This document shows positions 51,251-64,000 of a stretch of DNA of 64,000 nucleotides, piece by piece. The translations under genes were made by a program, and so were the position numbers. Position 1 is the stretch's first letter, and every line of letters begins with the position of its first letter. Under the pieces are notes generated by a model that searched no databases, was not told the origin of the DNA, and saw nothing but the letters and a program-made list of their open reading frames with translations. The DNA is from Octopus bimaculoides (taxonomy: Eukaryota), in NCBI RefSeq assembly GCF_001194135.2, contig NC_068981.1, forward strand, positions 14,301,818 through 14,365,817, read 5' to 3'.

Positions 51251-51425
51251 ATTCAAGGCGGCGATCTGGCAGAAACGTTAGAACGTCGGGTCAAATGCTG
51301 TCTGTACGTTATGAGTTAAAATTCCGCCGAGGTCAACTTTAACTTTCATCCTTTTGGGGTCGATAAATTAAGTACCAGTTGCGTATTGGGGTCTGTCTAA
51401 TCGTCTGGCCCCTCCCAAAAAATTC
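51251..51425 (+). mobile_element. SINE (family A) with the same deletion of about 15 bp
   Basis: attcaaggcggcgatctggcagaaacg..gggtcaaatgctgtctgtacg..aattccgccgaggtcaacttt..ggggtcgataaattaagtaccagttgcgta. Confidence 0.9.
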
Positions 51426-54298
51426 TTTGAGAGAGAGGAAATAATGTGCCGTCATATACGTCAACAATTTTGTCGATGTAAATATCTCGTTACACATCAA
51501 AGAGAAAAAGGATAACGGCGGATTGACACTTGGAAACTTCCAGCTTCTATACAACGATTAGAAACTCACGAATTAAACGAAGGTGGTGAGTGGTGTGGGC
51601 AGAGACAAGTACGATGGCTGTGTCAAGATGGTATTCGCATAGAACCAGCGAGATCCGAGAAGCAGAGGCTATTATAGCAATAGTAGAAAATGGAATGATA
51701 CGACACAGCGTTTCTCATGATAAGTGTCTAGAAAGAGTTTGCGAGTTACTTTATGGCCCTTTACTGGATCAGTGTGGCAAGTCATCATCGTCAACGTGGT
51801 CATCATCAACTTCATCATCATCCTCCAGATTCGAGATGAATTTTCCAGTATTAGTATGTTCCTTTCTTAGCAGTGTAGCAAAAAGTCATAGTGGGTTAAT
51901 GTACATTCTGGCCTTAGGGAGATGGGCATAATGTACGGATTCATTCAGACAGATTTTCAAGGATAGATTGAGTGTGTTAGAGAGTAGATTACACGTGTAT
52001 GAAAACCAACACTTATTGGCTACACATGTTTCAACTGGTGAATCCTGACACTTTCTTCTAATATATTTTGAGCAATGATTCTGTGGATAGCAAGTAAAAG
52101 TCCATAGAATCTAAAATTCTTTCTTCTGGCTATCAATGATGTCCATGTAATGGTATTGCAGAAACACCTACAAAACGCTTTCATCGCATGCATTGCTGGC
52201 TGTGCGCAAACACTTTAAAGAAAATATAATTATGCGCCTCTACAACAGCATTACGAATCCAAGGTATTTGACATATATGAAACCTCCGCACCCACGATCG
52301 AAGACTGGAATGCTCAAATCTAACACACACACACACGCGCCCACATTTGTGTGTGAATATGTATGCATGTTATATTTACCTATTTATATTTACATACACA
52401 AGCGATTGTAATCCAATTCATGTATTCCAGCATATATTTTGTTGATGTTCTTCAAATGTTAATATTTGGTATTTATGTAACAAGATTTGTTACAAGATAA
52501 TTTGCAAGCATGCATGTATTGTATAATTAGTAGGAAGGGAAAAAATGGTATTATTTGTTGCAAAATACTATTTAATATGAACTGATGACTAAAAGTCTAT
52601 CGGAGATTTTCGTAAATTAATCTAGAACGTGTGTATTCGTGCTGTTTTAGACTGTAGTTATGCAAGTAGATCTCATACATTAATGCATTAATAAATAATA
52701 TGATCAACGACTGTATTATAAATAGGCTTTTAGCATCGCATCTAATCTAATTGGGTTTTCATTTAGTACTTCTGAATTCTTGGGGATTTCATGATTTAAA
52801 TTCATTCTGTTAGTTTCCAAAGAAAAGAAGTGAGTTTGTGCAGTTACTTCATACTTGCACATTACGACCTACATTTATTTATTATTATTATTATTATGAT
52901 TTTTTTAAAATTTTACGAAATTTCTTGGAAAAACATTCCAACATTAGATGTACATTCTTCTTCCTGATTCTGTATTACGAGTGACATTACACAATGTAAT
53001 ATTTTCGAAGTAAGCTAAAAATTATATTATAGTTATCTCTTGAAAACAAGAAAAGTGTTAACGTTCTGCTGTATAAGGTTCATTAATTTCATTGCATTTC
53101 ATACAATGAAATATTTCCGTTGTGGAATCAGTCCATAGTTGCCTGCGTACTTGATCCACTCACTCGTTCATGTCGAGTTATGACAATTAAATCATTCTCC
53201 AGGTGTTATGGCTGATGTATGAAATAAAACTCTTCTGCATTAAATTAAAACAAGTTGGAGTAAGAAACTGTTCAACAATTAGGCTAAAAGCAAATGACAA
53301 TAATGTATGTTACTCACTTAATCTAATACGTGTGTAACAATACGTTTTAATACAGTAAATAATTTAGACATAGCAAGCGACATAGTAGCGTGAGTGAGTT
53401 AGTTATATGTGCATTTCCCAGATATTGGTGATTACTGTGACCAAATTTTTTTTTATTGAGGCCACCCTCTCTCAAAACAGCTTTGTTTAAATTGGATCTG
53501 AAAAATATTTATCCGGTGGAGTGAAATCAATATTGTTCAATTTACATAATAATCATACTGCATAACATTAATAATTTCTTTATTTGTATGTTTAAAAATC
53601 TGCACCATGTATGTGTGTATGTATGTATGTATGTACGTATGCATATATANNNNNNNNNNNNNNNNNNNNNNNNNNNNNNNNNNNNNNNNNNNNNNNNNNN
53701 NNNNNNNNNNNNNNNNNNNNNNNNNNNNNNNNNNNNNNNNNNNNNNNNNNNNNNNNNNNNNNNNNNNNNNNNNNNNNNNNNNNNNNNNNNNNNNNNNNNN
53801 NNNNNNNNNNNNNNNNNNNNNNNNNNNNNNNNNNNNNNNNNNNNNNNNNNNNNNNNNNNNNNNNNNNNNNNNNNNNNNNNNNNNNNNNNNNNNNNNNNNN
53901 NNNNNNNNNNNNNNNNNNNNNNNNNNNNNNNNNNNNNNNNNNNNNNNNNNNNNNNNNNNNNNNNNNNNNNNNNNNNNNNNNNNNNNNNNNNNNNNNNNNN
54001 NNNNNNNNNNNNNNNNNNNNNNNNNNNNNNNNNNNNNNNNNNNNNNNNNNNNNNNNNNNNNNNNNNNNNNNNNNNNNNNNATATATGCATGGACGTGGTG
54101 TATGCATATGTATGCATATGTATGCATGTTTGCCTTAATTAACATCAAAACTTATTGGCAAGTCATTAAATGAAAGTGAACTTTTCATTAAGATAATATT
54201 CTATGTTCAATATTTGATACAACCAATCTAGCGTATCAAAGAGGTGTGTATGTCTTTAGAAATGAAAATAATCAAAATTGTTGTTTTTTATTGTTTAG

Positions 54299-54377
54299 CA
54301 ATACATCAAGGACGGCAATTTGTGTTTTCGATCTCAAAGCAATTGCCGACAAGAAAGAAACTTCATCGTTATTTGTA
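54299..54377 (+). CDS. Candidate 79-nt exon; one frame reads NTSRTAICVFDLKAIADKKETSSLFV
   Basis: ttgttgttttttattgtttag| ... GTA|gtaagt. TAICVFDLKAI resembles the Sema-domain SAxCxFxLxxI motif. Confidence 0.28.
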
Positions 54378-55956
54378 GTAAGTAATATGGAATACGCCTG
54401 CACAGTTCTGCACATAGTGAGATCTATAAAAGATCTCTTTGAAGAGCCAGGTGTAAAGTTATTGTAAATAACCAAGAATACTTTACGAAAACCATTCAGT
54501 GGTGGAAATACTTCTTCGAAACATTATATAAAATTTTACTACTATGGGAACGATTTAAAACATGAAATCTTCTTCGTATTTATGTCGTCTGATATAAGTG
54601 AGTTAACAGAAGGAAAAAAAATAATTGCAAATGTAACGCTGAAGCACCTCGTATATTTTCAGACGCTGTGATAAGATGGCAACACAGGAAACATTTTGTT
54701 TCACCTTTTAATGTTTGAGTTGTCTGTGCTTAAATGTTAGTGACAAGTTTATCGGAATGAAATGTTGCACAATATTTACTATTTCGAGAGTGATGCCTAC
54801 AGATTTCGTGCTTGATTCATAACATTCGGACATATGTATAAAAACATAGATCAAACTATTCGAACTGCTTCATGGTGTCATTTAGTGCACTTCAAAACTC
54901 TAAATTCTGAGCAGATTCTATTTAAGGCTATCTAAAGCGAGTGTTATATCTGGGTCAAAAGATTACTGTAATTCTAAATATATAGATTACGAATTATTCA
55001 AAGTACATCGGAAACATCCGAATGACAAGCGAAATTTCTAGTTCTGTTACTTGAAACACTGAGGCTCAGGTCTGCGGCTGAAAATTGTATTAGTGTAAGT
55101 TTTAAGCCCAATAAACGGTAACTGTCAACTGTACATTATTATTTTCACAAAAGTAAGATGAATGTTACCTAAAGATAATGTTTCAGAATCGAATGGGTTC
55201 TTTCTTATAAATACATATATACGTGCGTGTGTGTGGTGTGTGTGAGAGTGTAAGTGTGTGTATATTGAGTGGTGTGTGTGTGAGAGAGAGAGAGAGGCGG
55301 GTGGGAGAGAACGAGAATGAAAAAATAAGTACTCAAATAAAATTAGGATGAAATTCAGTAGTTATACTCAATATCGGATATATTTTGCAAATTAATTCAG
55401 AATTTTCATCCATAGAATTCACATAAATTTCATCTTGGGAATATTTTGTTTTACTACGGTAGTTTAATACATTTCCATGTAGGAACTATCGAACAAACTC
55501 TAAAGATTCATGCGTGTCAATGTTTTAGAAATTTCTGAAAACTCTCGAGGGTCATATGGCATGTAATATGATCTACAAGAGAAAAATCTAGGGTCTAATA
55601 AATTAAAACAGAACAATAATTGTGCATGTCAATTCCATGAACTATTTCGGATACAGGAAGATTTTAGTCACTTTTTTGTTGTTTGCTTGTTTGTAAGGGA
55701 ATAAATTCATTTACAACATTTAAAATATCACTGGTTTTATTGCTTTAGCACTTAAAGAAATATTAAAACTAAAAGAATAGGACAAAATATTTTGCAGCAT
55801 CTCTTTATGATCATTATCGTTCAGTATTCAAATCCAAAGTTACCTTCATAGCCTTTCAACTTTCTGGAGTGGATAATATACAAACACTACCAAATACTAA
55901 ACATTGATTTAATTAACCTGCAATCAGCTTTGTGGCGTTAACGATAAATTACAAAC

Positions 55957-56140
55957 TCAGACAAAATACTTAGCAACGTGTCATCCGTCTTTATATTCTG
56001 AGTACGAACACCACTGAGATCGACATTGCTTTGAATCGTTTTGGGGTGGATGAAATAAGTATCAACCAAATACCAGGATTGATGTAACTGACTAGCCCTT
56101 CCCCCAAAATGTTAGCCCCTGTGCTGATACCAGTAAGAAT
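55957..56140 (+). mobile_element. Old degraded SINE (family A)
   Basis: aaatacttagc..ttctgagt..gagatcgacattgcttt..ggggtggatgaaataagta..gactagcccttcccccaaaat. Confidence 0.7.
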
Positions 56141-56679
56141 TATTATACATCAAAATAAACTAGAGCGTAAAGGTATTGTCTCAGTACAAAATTTTACAGA
56201 CACCCATACAGATTTATATATTAGTATGAATGTAGACAGCGACATCTTTCTACATAACTATTCTGCCTGAGCTTTAGTGACATTATATACAACCTAATTT
56301 CTACACAAATTCTCCCTCTATTTGGAAAATTATTTGTATGTACAATACACACATATCAGGGACAAAATTGGAGATATCACTTTTCTTTTCTTTTTCCATT
56401 ATTTTCCTATTAAATATTCCATCCATGTCATATTTTCCAGTAATGCATATATGATTACATGAATTTTAAATTATGTTTCTTGCAGAAGATTAAGGGGGAT
56501 ATATGAATTCAAATTAGTTCCTTATCTCAAAGATGTTTCAACAAATACACTCCATACAAATATGTTAATACGTTGTAATAAGTAACTATTTCTTGGTGTC
56601 AATGTAAATAAAAGACAAAGCAATTTCAGGAAATTCTATATATAATACTACAAAGGAATCTTATGAATCATATAAAGAG

Positions 56680-56728
<49 letters not shown>

Positions 56729-59383
56729 NNNNNNNNNNNNNNNNNNNNNNNNNNNNNNNNNNNNNNNNNNNNNNNNNNNNNNNNNNNNNNNNNNNNNNNN
56801 NNNNNNNNNNNNNNNNNNNNNNNNNNNNNNNNNNNNNNNNNNNNNNNNNNNNNNNNNNNNNNNNNNNNNNNNNNNNNNNNNNNNNNNNNNNNNNNNNNNN
56901 NNNNNNNNNNNNNNNNNNNNNNNNNNNNNNNNNNNNNNNNNNNNNNNNNNNNNNNNNNNNNNNNNNNNNNNNNNNNNNNNNNNNNNNNNNNNNNNNNNNN
57001 NNNNNNNNNNNNNNNNNNNNNNNNNNNNNNNNNNNNNNNNNNNNNNNNNNNNNNNNNNNNNNNNNNNNNNNNNNNNNNNNNNNNNNNNNNNNNNNNNNNN
57101 NNNNNNNNNNNNNNNNNNNNNNNNNNNNNNNNNNNNNNNNNNNNNNNNNNNNNNNNNNNNNNNNNNNNNNNNNNNNNNNNNNNNNNNNNNNNNNNNNNNN
57201 NNNNNNNNNNNNNNNNNNNNNNNNNNNNNNNNNNNNNNNNNNNNNNNNNNNNNNNNNNNNNNNNNNNNNNNNNNNNNNNNNNNNNNNNNNNNNNNNNNNN
57301 NNNNNNNNNNNNNNNNNNNNNNNNNNNNNNNNNNNNNNNNNNNNNNNNNNNNNNNNNNNNNNNNNNNNNNNNNNNNNNNNNNNNNNNNNNNNNNNNNNNN
57401 NNNNNNNNNNNNNNNNNNNNNNNNNNNNNNNNNNNNNNNNNNNNNNNNNNNNNNNNNNNNNNNNNNNNNNNNNNNNNNNNNNNNNNNNNNNNNNNNNNNN
57501 NNNNNNNNNNNNNNNNNNNNNNNNNNNNNNNNNNNNNNNNNNNNNNNNNNNNNNNNNNNNNNNNNNNNNNNNNNNNNNNNNNNNNNNNNNNNNNNNNNNN
57601 NNNNNNNNNNNNNNNNNNNNNNNNNNNNNNNNNNNNNNNNNNNNNNNNNNNNNNNNNNNNNNNNNNNNNNNNNNNNNNNNNNNNNNNNNNNNNNNNNNNN
57701 NNNNNNNNNNNNTATATATATATATATATATATATACGTATCTATATATGTATGTGTATATATTGATATATTGATATATATGTGTGTGTGTATGTATGTA
57801 TATGTGAGTGTGGGATTTTACGTAGGTGTGTATATAAATATGCATAAATGAATTTATTGGAGTATATGTGGGTTTGTTTGTATACATATGCGCATACACA
57901 TAAGTATAAATGATTATATACATTCATCTCAATATTTTCATAGAAACACAGGATTAACCCCATTTATAATGCCTTTTTATTACATAACATTCCTCTCCAA
58001 AATTTTTTTATTGGATTTATATCATCCTATCTACTCACAACTCTACACTCTGAATTTTCATTCTATCTTTTTTTTTCTTTTCCTTTCTTGTCCAACGTAC
58101 TATCTGGTAGCGTCCCAATCTCCAGCGGTTTTTTAAAATGAATTACGTTATAACCTTATCCAACTATAGTCTTCATACTCGGTTATAATGTCTTGCGTTT
58201 AAGCTGGTTCCCATACGTTTCCCTGAGGAGAAGTTTACATTTTTAACAACGCCGATTCCTATGGATCGCATAAATTGTAATTCTTCGAAACATATGTCGG
58301 AATAAAAGTATGCAGTTATAACATGCGTTTACTCCATTCTTTAAATTTATATATATATATAACTTCAACCAATATGGCATATGTTATTAGTTATGGCATG
58401 TATATTTTGTACACACACACATACATACACACACACATATATATATATATATATATGCATGTACATGTGTTCTGTCTATGCCTGTACTAAGCTAACATTC
58501 TTATTTTGAAGTTGTTCAAAGAGAGACACAAAGTCATCGATTATTGTATCAAAGTATTTACACGTATAAAATAAGTGTATTAGTGAGTCAGGTTTATCTG
58601 TAAATATTTTATCTAACGACTGATTTTATTCAGGAATACATGTACAGATTACTTAACATTCAAAATATACCAAACAGATCCTCATTCAGCTAAGACTGGA
58701 GCAGAGGGATTACTTGACAAGTTTACTTAAAATTGGCAAATCTTATTTTAACGTGACGATTTATGTGAGATTTAGTATATACGCTTCAAAAGTTTTAGAA
58801 ACACTGAAAATTCAGACAGATATTTGATAAATGTACCATATAATGATACGAGCCATTTCGTTTTATCCCTGTATATATGTTGAACGTAGATACCCAACAT
58901 ACACAAGCAAACACATGCAACTAAACACACATACGGACACACACACACAAACGCATACACACACATACACGTACTGATATATTTAGTATTTAGATGGGTG
59001 GCTGGTTGGAAAACACGGGCGTAGTAAGTTTACGACTGTATGTATTAATAAGAAATCACTGGTTTTATTGAAGTTGCGCCAACACGATTTCGGTAGATAC
59101 GCGATTCGAGTTGCATTAATGAGCATAAAATTTTGTGACACAGGTATGACTATTTGGTAAACATTTCTCTTGCAAAAAATGAGCATCTATTTTGAGCAGC
59201 AATCTTAAATGGTTTCAATTTGATTATGAAAAGCCACTACAAGATAAATATCTATAGCGGGGAACGTTTCATGAATGTCTGCATCGGGAACTAAACCGAT
59301 TCAGATTTCCTCATCTACGAATGCTGAAATTATATAAATTCTCAGGGGCATGGAGCTGACTGATGCAACATATATAAGTTGAT

Positions 59384-59453
<70 letters not shown>

Positions 59454-59454
59454 G

Positions 59455-59556
59455 GACGGGATTTTTTCAGCTTCCGTCTACCAAATCCACTACTATAGTA
59501 GAAAACACTTTCCCCAAATGCCATGCAGTGGCTACTTTACAGATAGCCACTCCTAC

Positions 59557-59560
<4 letters not shown>
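59455..59560 (-). mobile_element. Internally deleted head of SINE family B next to (TA)n
   Basis: gacggg..ttcagcttccgtctaccaaatccact..tatagtagaaaacact..gccatgcagtgg aligns with 41400-41550. Confidence 0.75.
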
Positions 59561-59605
<45 letters not shown>

Positions 59606-61598
59606 TAAAAAAAACAGGGCAATAAGCGTCAGAACTGAAAAAAGGAAGTTACACTCTGCATTCAATAAAACGGTAAATAGCTTAACACAGTATTACTTTT
59701 CACGTGCAGTAAAGGAACAAAGGAGAGTCGTAACCAGTGTTTCACCATCTACTTTCCGTTCATAAGAATCGACCTGGCTAGTACTGCAATGTATTGCCTA
59801 ATTTGCATATCTGTACATTTGACAGCTCGTCATTAATCAAATATTAATTACCAACTAAACGGTATAAGTAAAAAGAAAAGAGATATATTGAAATTATTGA
59901 TATTTAAATAGGAGAGATAGATAGATACATACATATCATTTTCACAAGGTTTTTAATTCTCATTACGCAATGTGAATGTAGACGTTTAGTTGACTTTAAT
60001 ATCAAAGTTCGGATTGACTTAGAATTACAGAATTTTAGAAATGCATCTGTAATTAGTATGAAATATTTCCATATATGTCGGGGATACTACTTTAAACTTA
60101 ACACTATATTTAGTACCAGGTGACTTCATTATCGAGTAGTTTATCTTAAAAGTGCATTGAAGTTATAAGCGCAAAGAAACTTACGCATATTTTCAGCTTT
60201 CTTCTCTTTTATTCAATTGTAAATGATGTTGTTTACACCTTTCTCATACTCTTGTAATCTCTCAATATTTGCAATACTGCGTCAATATTTGTACACAGAC
60301 TTGAAGTGTTTAATCGATCAAATGGATATCAGAGTTCATTTTATTTATTCATTTATTTATTTGTATGGTACTTTGACAAACCGGTCTTAGATTTCATCCC
60401 TTCACTTATTTTATCGATCTGGTGAGATCCGTTGTGAAGCATTGTAACGTAAAAAAAAGATACATAGAGAGAAACACAAGCAAATACAATATTTCACACA
60501 TACATGTAGACTTGTAAGCACACGCAAACATTCATATGACTATAGAAGACGCTTGCTTTTATCGACGTGATTTGGGTTTAAACCCGAATCCCGTGTTTTC
60601 GAAGCAGATCTCTTAAATATCTAACCATATTATCCAAACTATTTCCTTACTTATTTTATGTGAAAGACACGGAAATTCGTAATCACACAGCCGTACTATC
60701 ACCCCTGCAATCATGACTGCATTCATTTATACTGTTTTATATATTTGAGTAGAGAAATATTCGTTTAGAATACAAACATTGATACGGCCATAAGTTTCTG
60801 AAGGGTTTTGAATTTTCTCAGATTGTCTGTCTTGTTTCTTAGCACATTTCTACAATATCATAGATTTTTTTTGGCGATTTATTGATCACATAAATATTAA
60901 TATGAATCAGTGTAATTGATGGGTATATTTTTAATTCGGGTGCATTAGGCGTATCTTTTTATTATAAGTTTAGTATATTCTTTTCTTTCTTTTAATGAAA
61001 GAGGCTAAAATAGTGTTACAATTTTACAAATTTATCGATCGGTTAAACATTTCTTTCAAATACGTAATTTCTTAAATCAAATTTATACATACACTATATA
61101 TATATATATATATATATATATNNNNNNNNNNNNNNNNNNNNNNNNNNNNNNNNNNNNNNNNNNNNNNNNNNNNNNNNNNNNNNNNNNNNNNNNNNNNNNN
61201 NNNNNNNNNNNNNNNNNNNNNNNNNNNNNNNNNNNNNNNNNNNNNNNNNNNNNNNNNNNNNNNNNNNNNNNNNNNNNNNNNNNNNNNNNNNNNNNNNNNN
61301 NNNNNNNNNNNNNNNNNNNNNNNNNNNNNNNNNNNNNNNNNNNNNNNNNNNNNNNNNNNNNNNNNNNNNNNNNNNNNNNNNNNNNNNNNNNNNNNNNNNN
61401 NNNNNNNNNNNNNNNNNNNNNNNNNNNNNNNNNNNNNNNNNNNNNNNNNNNNNNNNNNNNNNNNNNNNNNNNNNNNNNNNNNNNNNNNNNNNNNNNNNNN
61501 NNNNNNNNNNNNNNNNNNNNNNNNNNNNNNNNNNNNNNNNNNNNNNNNNNNNNNNNNNNNNNNNNNNNNNNNNNNNNNNNNNNNNNNNNNNNNNNNNN

Positions 61599-61632
<34 letters not shown>

Positions 61633-61831
61633 GACGACCATTTCGACTATATATGTTCTATACATTCTTGTTAGCTTTTATGTATTTGCTGAGTTTGTTT
61701 TTGCTGTTCCACCTTGTTAGTATTCTATCAAACAAGATCAGTAAAAATGACTTTATATAAAACAAGTGATCAATCCTGAATGTCATTTCATGCAACATAT
61801 TTCTGCTTTCAAAATGATCATCACACACACA

Positions 61832-61870
<39 letters not shown>

Positions 61871-62373
61871 ACACACACACATACACACTCACACACACAT
61901 CACGAAAATCATCATATGACTCATTTCTGCGACAATGTTGGACATATTCGCAAAAGTTCTTGATAGGTTAAAAGATAGGCCAAATGTTGGCCCGGCCATG
62001 TCAAACGTAACAACACTACATGATAGTATATATGAAGTCATTTTAAAGTCAAGTTTAATGAGTCGTTATTAATCTAAACCAGTGGCAGTACAGAAGAAAA
62101 CAATTTTTGAAAAAGCATAGCGAATATATGAAGATTTATTTAAATGTTAATGTGTGTGTGTAAGACTACAAACACACTTGACCGGTTTCACATTTGATTT
62201 TCGAAAGTGTATGTTAAGTGGAGTCGTTTAACAAGCTGTATGTTTTGTGTCAATTTTTCTAATAATCATTAGTTTATTTAAAGAGAGAATGTGATTCAAG
62301 CCGTGATCATTGAAAGTAAAGATGCGTGATTGAGAGTGACGTGATGCATACATACACACACATATATATGTAT

Positions 62374-62500
62374 CTTCTTCCCTTCTGTTGAAGAGAGTAG
62401 GCTCGAAACGTAAACGACTTCTCCATTTTTCCCGAGTGTCAAACTTATAAACTTGATTGTTTGTCCTACAAGTATATTAGTCGTTTTTCTATAAATTTGA
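62374..62500 (+). repeat. Short interspersed repeat with a partial hammerhead-like core (possible Penelope pLTR remnant)
   Basis: TTGAAGA-GAG-TAGG-CTC-GAAA-CGT at 62388-62411. Stem I is not supported. Confidence 0.35.
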
Positions 62501-62524
62501 AATATATATATATAAATATATGTG

Positions 62525-62559
<35 letters not shown>

Positions 62560-64000
62560 ACACACACACACACACACACACACTTGTTACAGCACCTTAT
62601 TCGATGCATAACTTTATCAAATCTGTTCCAGTACTGAAATATTTTTAAATGCCACACTTATTCTATGCCATCTTCTGCCGATCTTCTACGTTACATGTGT
62701 GAATCTAACCAACACAGTTCCCAACCGTGGAAGATGAGCACAGATGCTGTTACACTCACAAAGATATACGATGATCGTCTACACGGTTTCCTTTGACCTA
62801 CGTCACTCACCGTGGATCAGTATTCATAGGACTATAGTAGAAGAGACCTTGTTGTGACAGATCTCGAAACCCATACTTTATAACACGGGCGTATCTTTGC
62901 GTGCATATATATTTTGATACTCACGCGCATTCATTTGATATCGAATTATATACACAAGCATTTGCATATACGTCTATATATTTGGTTATGTACCCATGCT
63001 TGCGTGTCAGAATATAAGCATCTCCTCCCACGTTCATATACACAAAGTGCCTCAGCAATGTCACTCGTTTACAACGCCTAATACAAATACCTTTGACAGG
63101 CAACTCATCACCGTGTGTACTAAGAGGCAAGATATCTAGTTTTGCACGGCAAAACGACCAAAGTTCATCTTGCATTGAGATGTTACTCGATATGATTACC
63201 TCTACAAAACTTCACTGCCGATTACAATTACAAGAGAGTGACTAAGATTTATATATCTTGTCTAAGTCTAACATGAAAGACGGGACGGACGTTAATGTGG
63301 CAGCCTTTCTGCGTGTGAAGGGGGACAGGGGGCAAGTGGTGATTCTTGACAGCTAGAATATTTATATAATGTAGTTGCTTTCTTAATTTCTTTAATATAT
63401 GTTTGGCATGTTCAACTAGGAATTATGATAACCTCCATTGTACCGTAATGCATTTATCGTTGAAATTCAATAAATATCAATTCTCGCTACTGTATTATTA
63501 AATAATCTGAATTATAGTAGTTATTACGATGGATATTGACACAAAGTTTGACGCTGGTGTACGATAATTGATAATCAGCTAAGATGTTAATTATTCGTGT
63601 TTTGTCACCTTTAGTGAATGATTCATGATGTCCATGCATCAGAAATGAAACCTTCAGTCGATGAAACCTTCAGTATATAAGCAGCGTAATAATAATACAC
63701 TGACAGACTGTATTCCTCTGTTCGTCTCTTATAGTGTATGTATAAAAGACAAAGGAAGATGTTGAACCGACACTTTGTCGTTAGTTACCCATCAATGGTT
63801 TATATTACCAGTGAAATAGCTAACAGGATCATCACAAAAATGTTACAAAGATAACAAATTTATTTAATAATTACTGATGGAAAAGAAAATATTACAGGCC
63901 CTTGCTACCTTTCCTAGAAGAAATCGTGATGCTGTAATTTATTACCGTATTTGATGACACAGGAGATGCCCATGTATACTAGACACATTCAATTTCACCA

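Noticed and set aside
51590-51931. 113-aa ORF, or an RTE-like (GAT)n tail on minus
   Set aside because: No splice signals or recognisable domain, and the RTE resemblance rests on the tail alone.
62921-63175. 84-aa minus-strand ORF
   Set aside because: No domain, no convincing splice sites, and a length expected by chance.

Overview
This is AT-rich, microsatellite-dense animal DNA from a draft assembly with about 17 N-gaps, most of them bounded by (TA)n. The SINE families look like those I recall from Octopus genomes, so the taxon is an inference from memory and not from a search. There is no long intact ORF, and almost all supplied ORFs are microsatellite or N-gap artefacts. The window is mostly intronic or intergenic and full of transposon fossils: a 1.65-kb CR1-type LINE; two or three Penelope-like remnants, one with a decayed type I hammerhead ribozyme; three R4/Dong fragments at (TAA)n arrays; a mariner transposase fragment and a 228-bp mariner MITE; a Helentron/DINE-1-like element; faint piggyBac-, Merlin- and CxC-type transposase traces; and more than 15 copies of three tRNA-derived SINE families. 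Host-gene evidence is limited to a few short candidate exons, the best being a signal-peptide-like exon at 35596-35654 (+). The most interesting unexplained signals are four: a textbook recursive-splice-site/RS-exon motif at 21527-21587 (-); three long fold-backs at 3.3-5.7 kb with G-U pairs biased to the + strand; the Penelope hammerhead; and an inverted SINE pair sharing a private deletion. No rRNA, intact tRNA or CRISPR array was found. Alignments were done by eye, so fossil boundaries are approximate.
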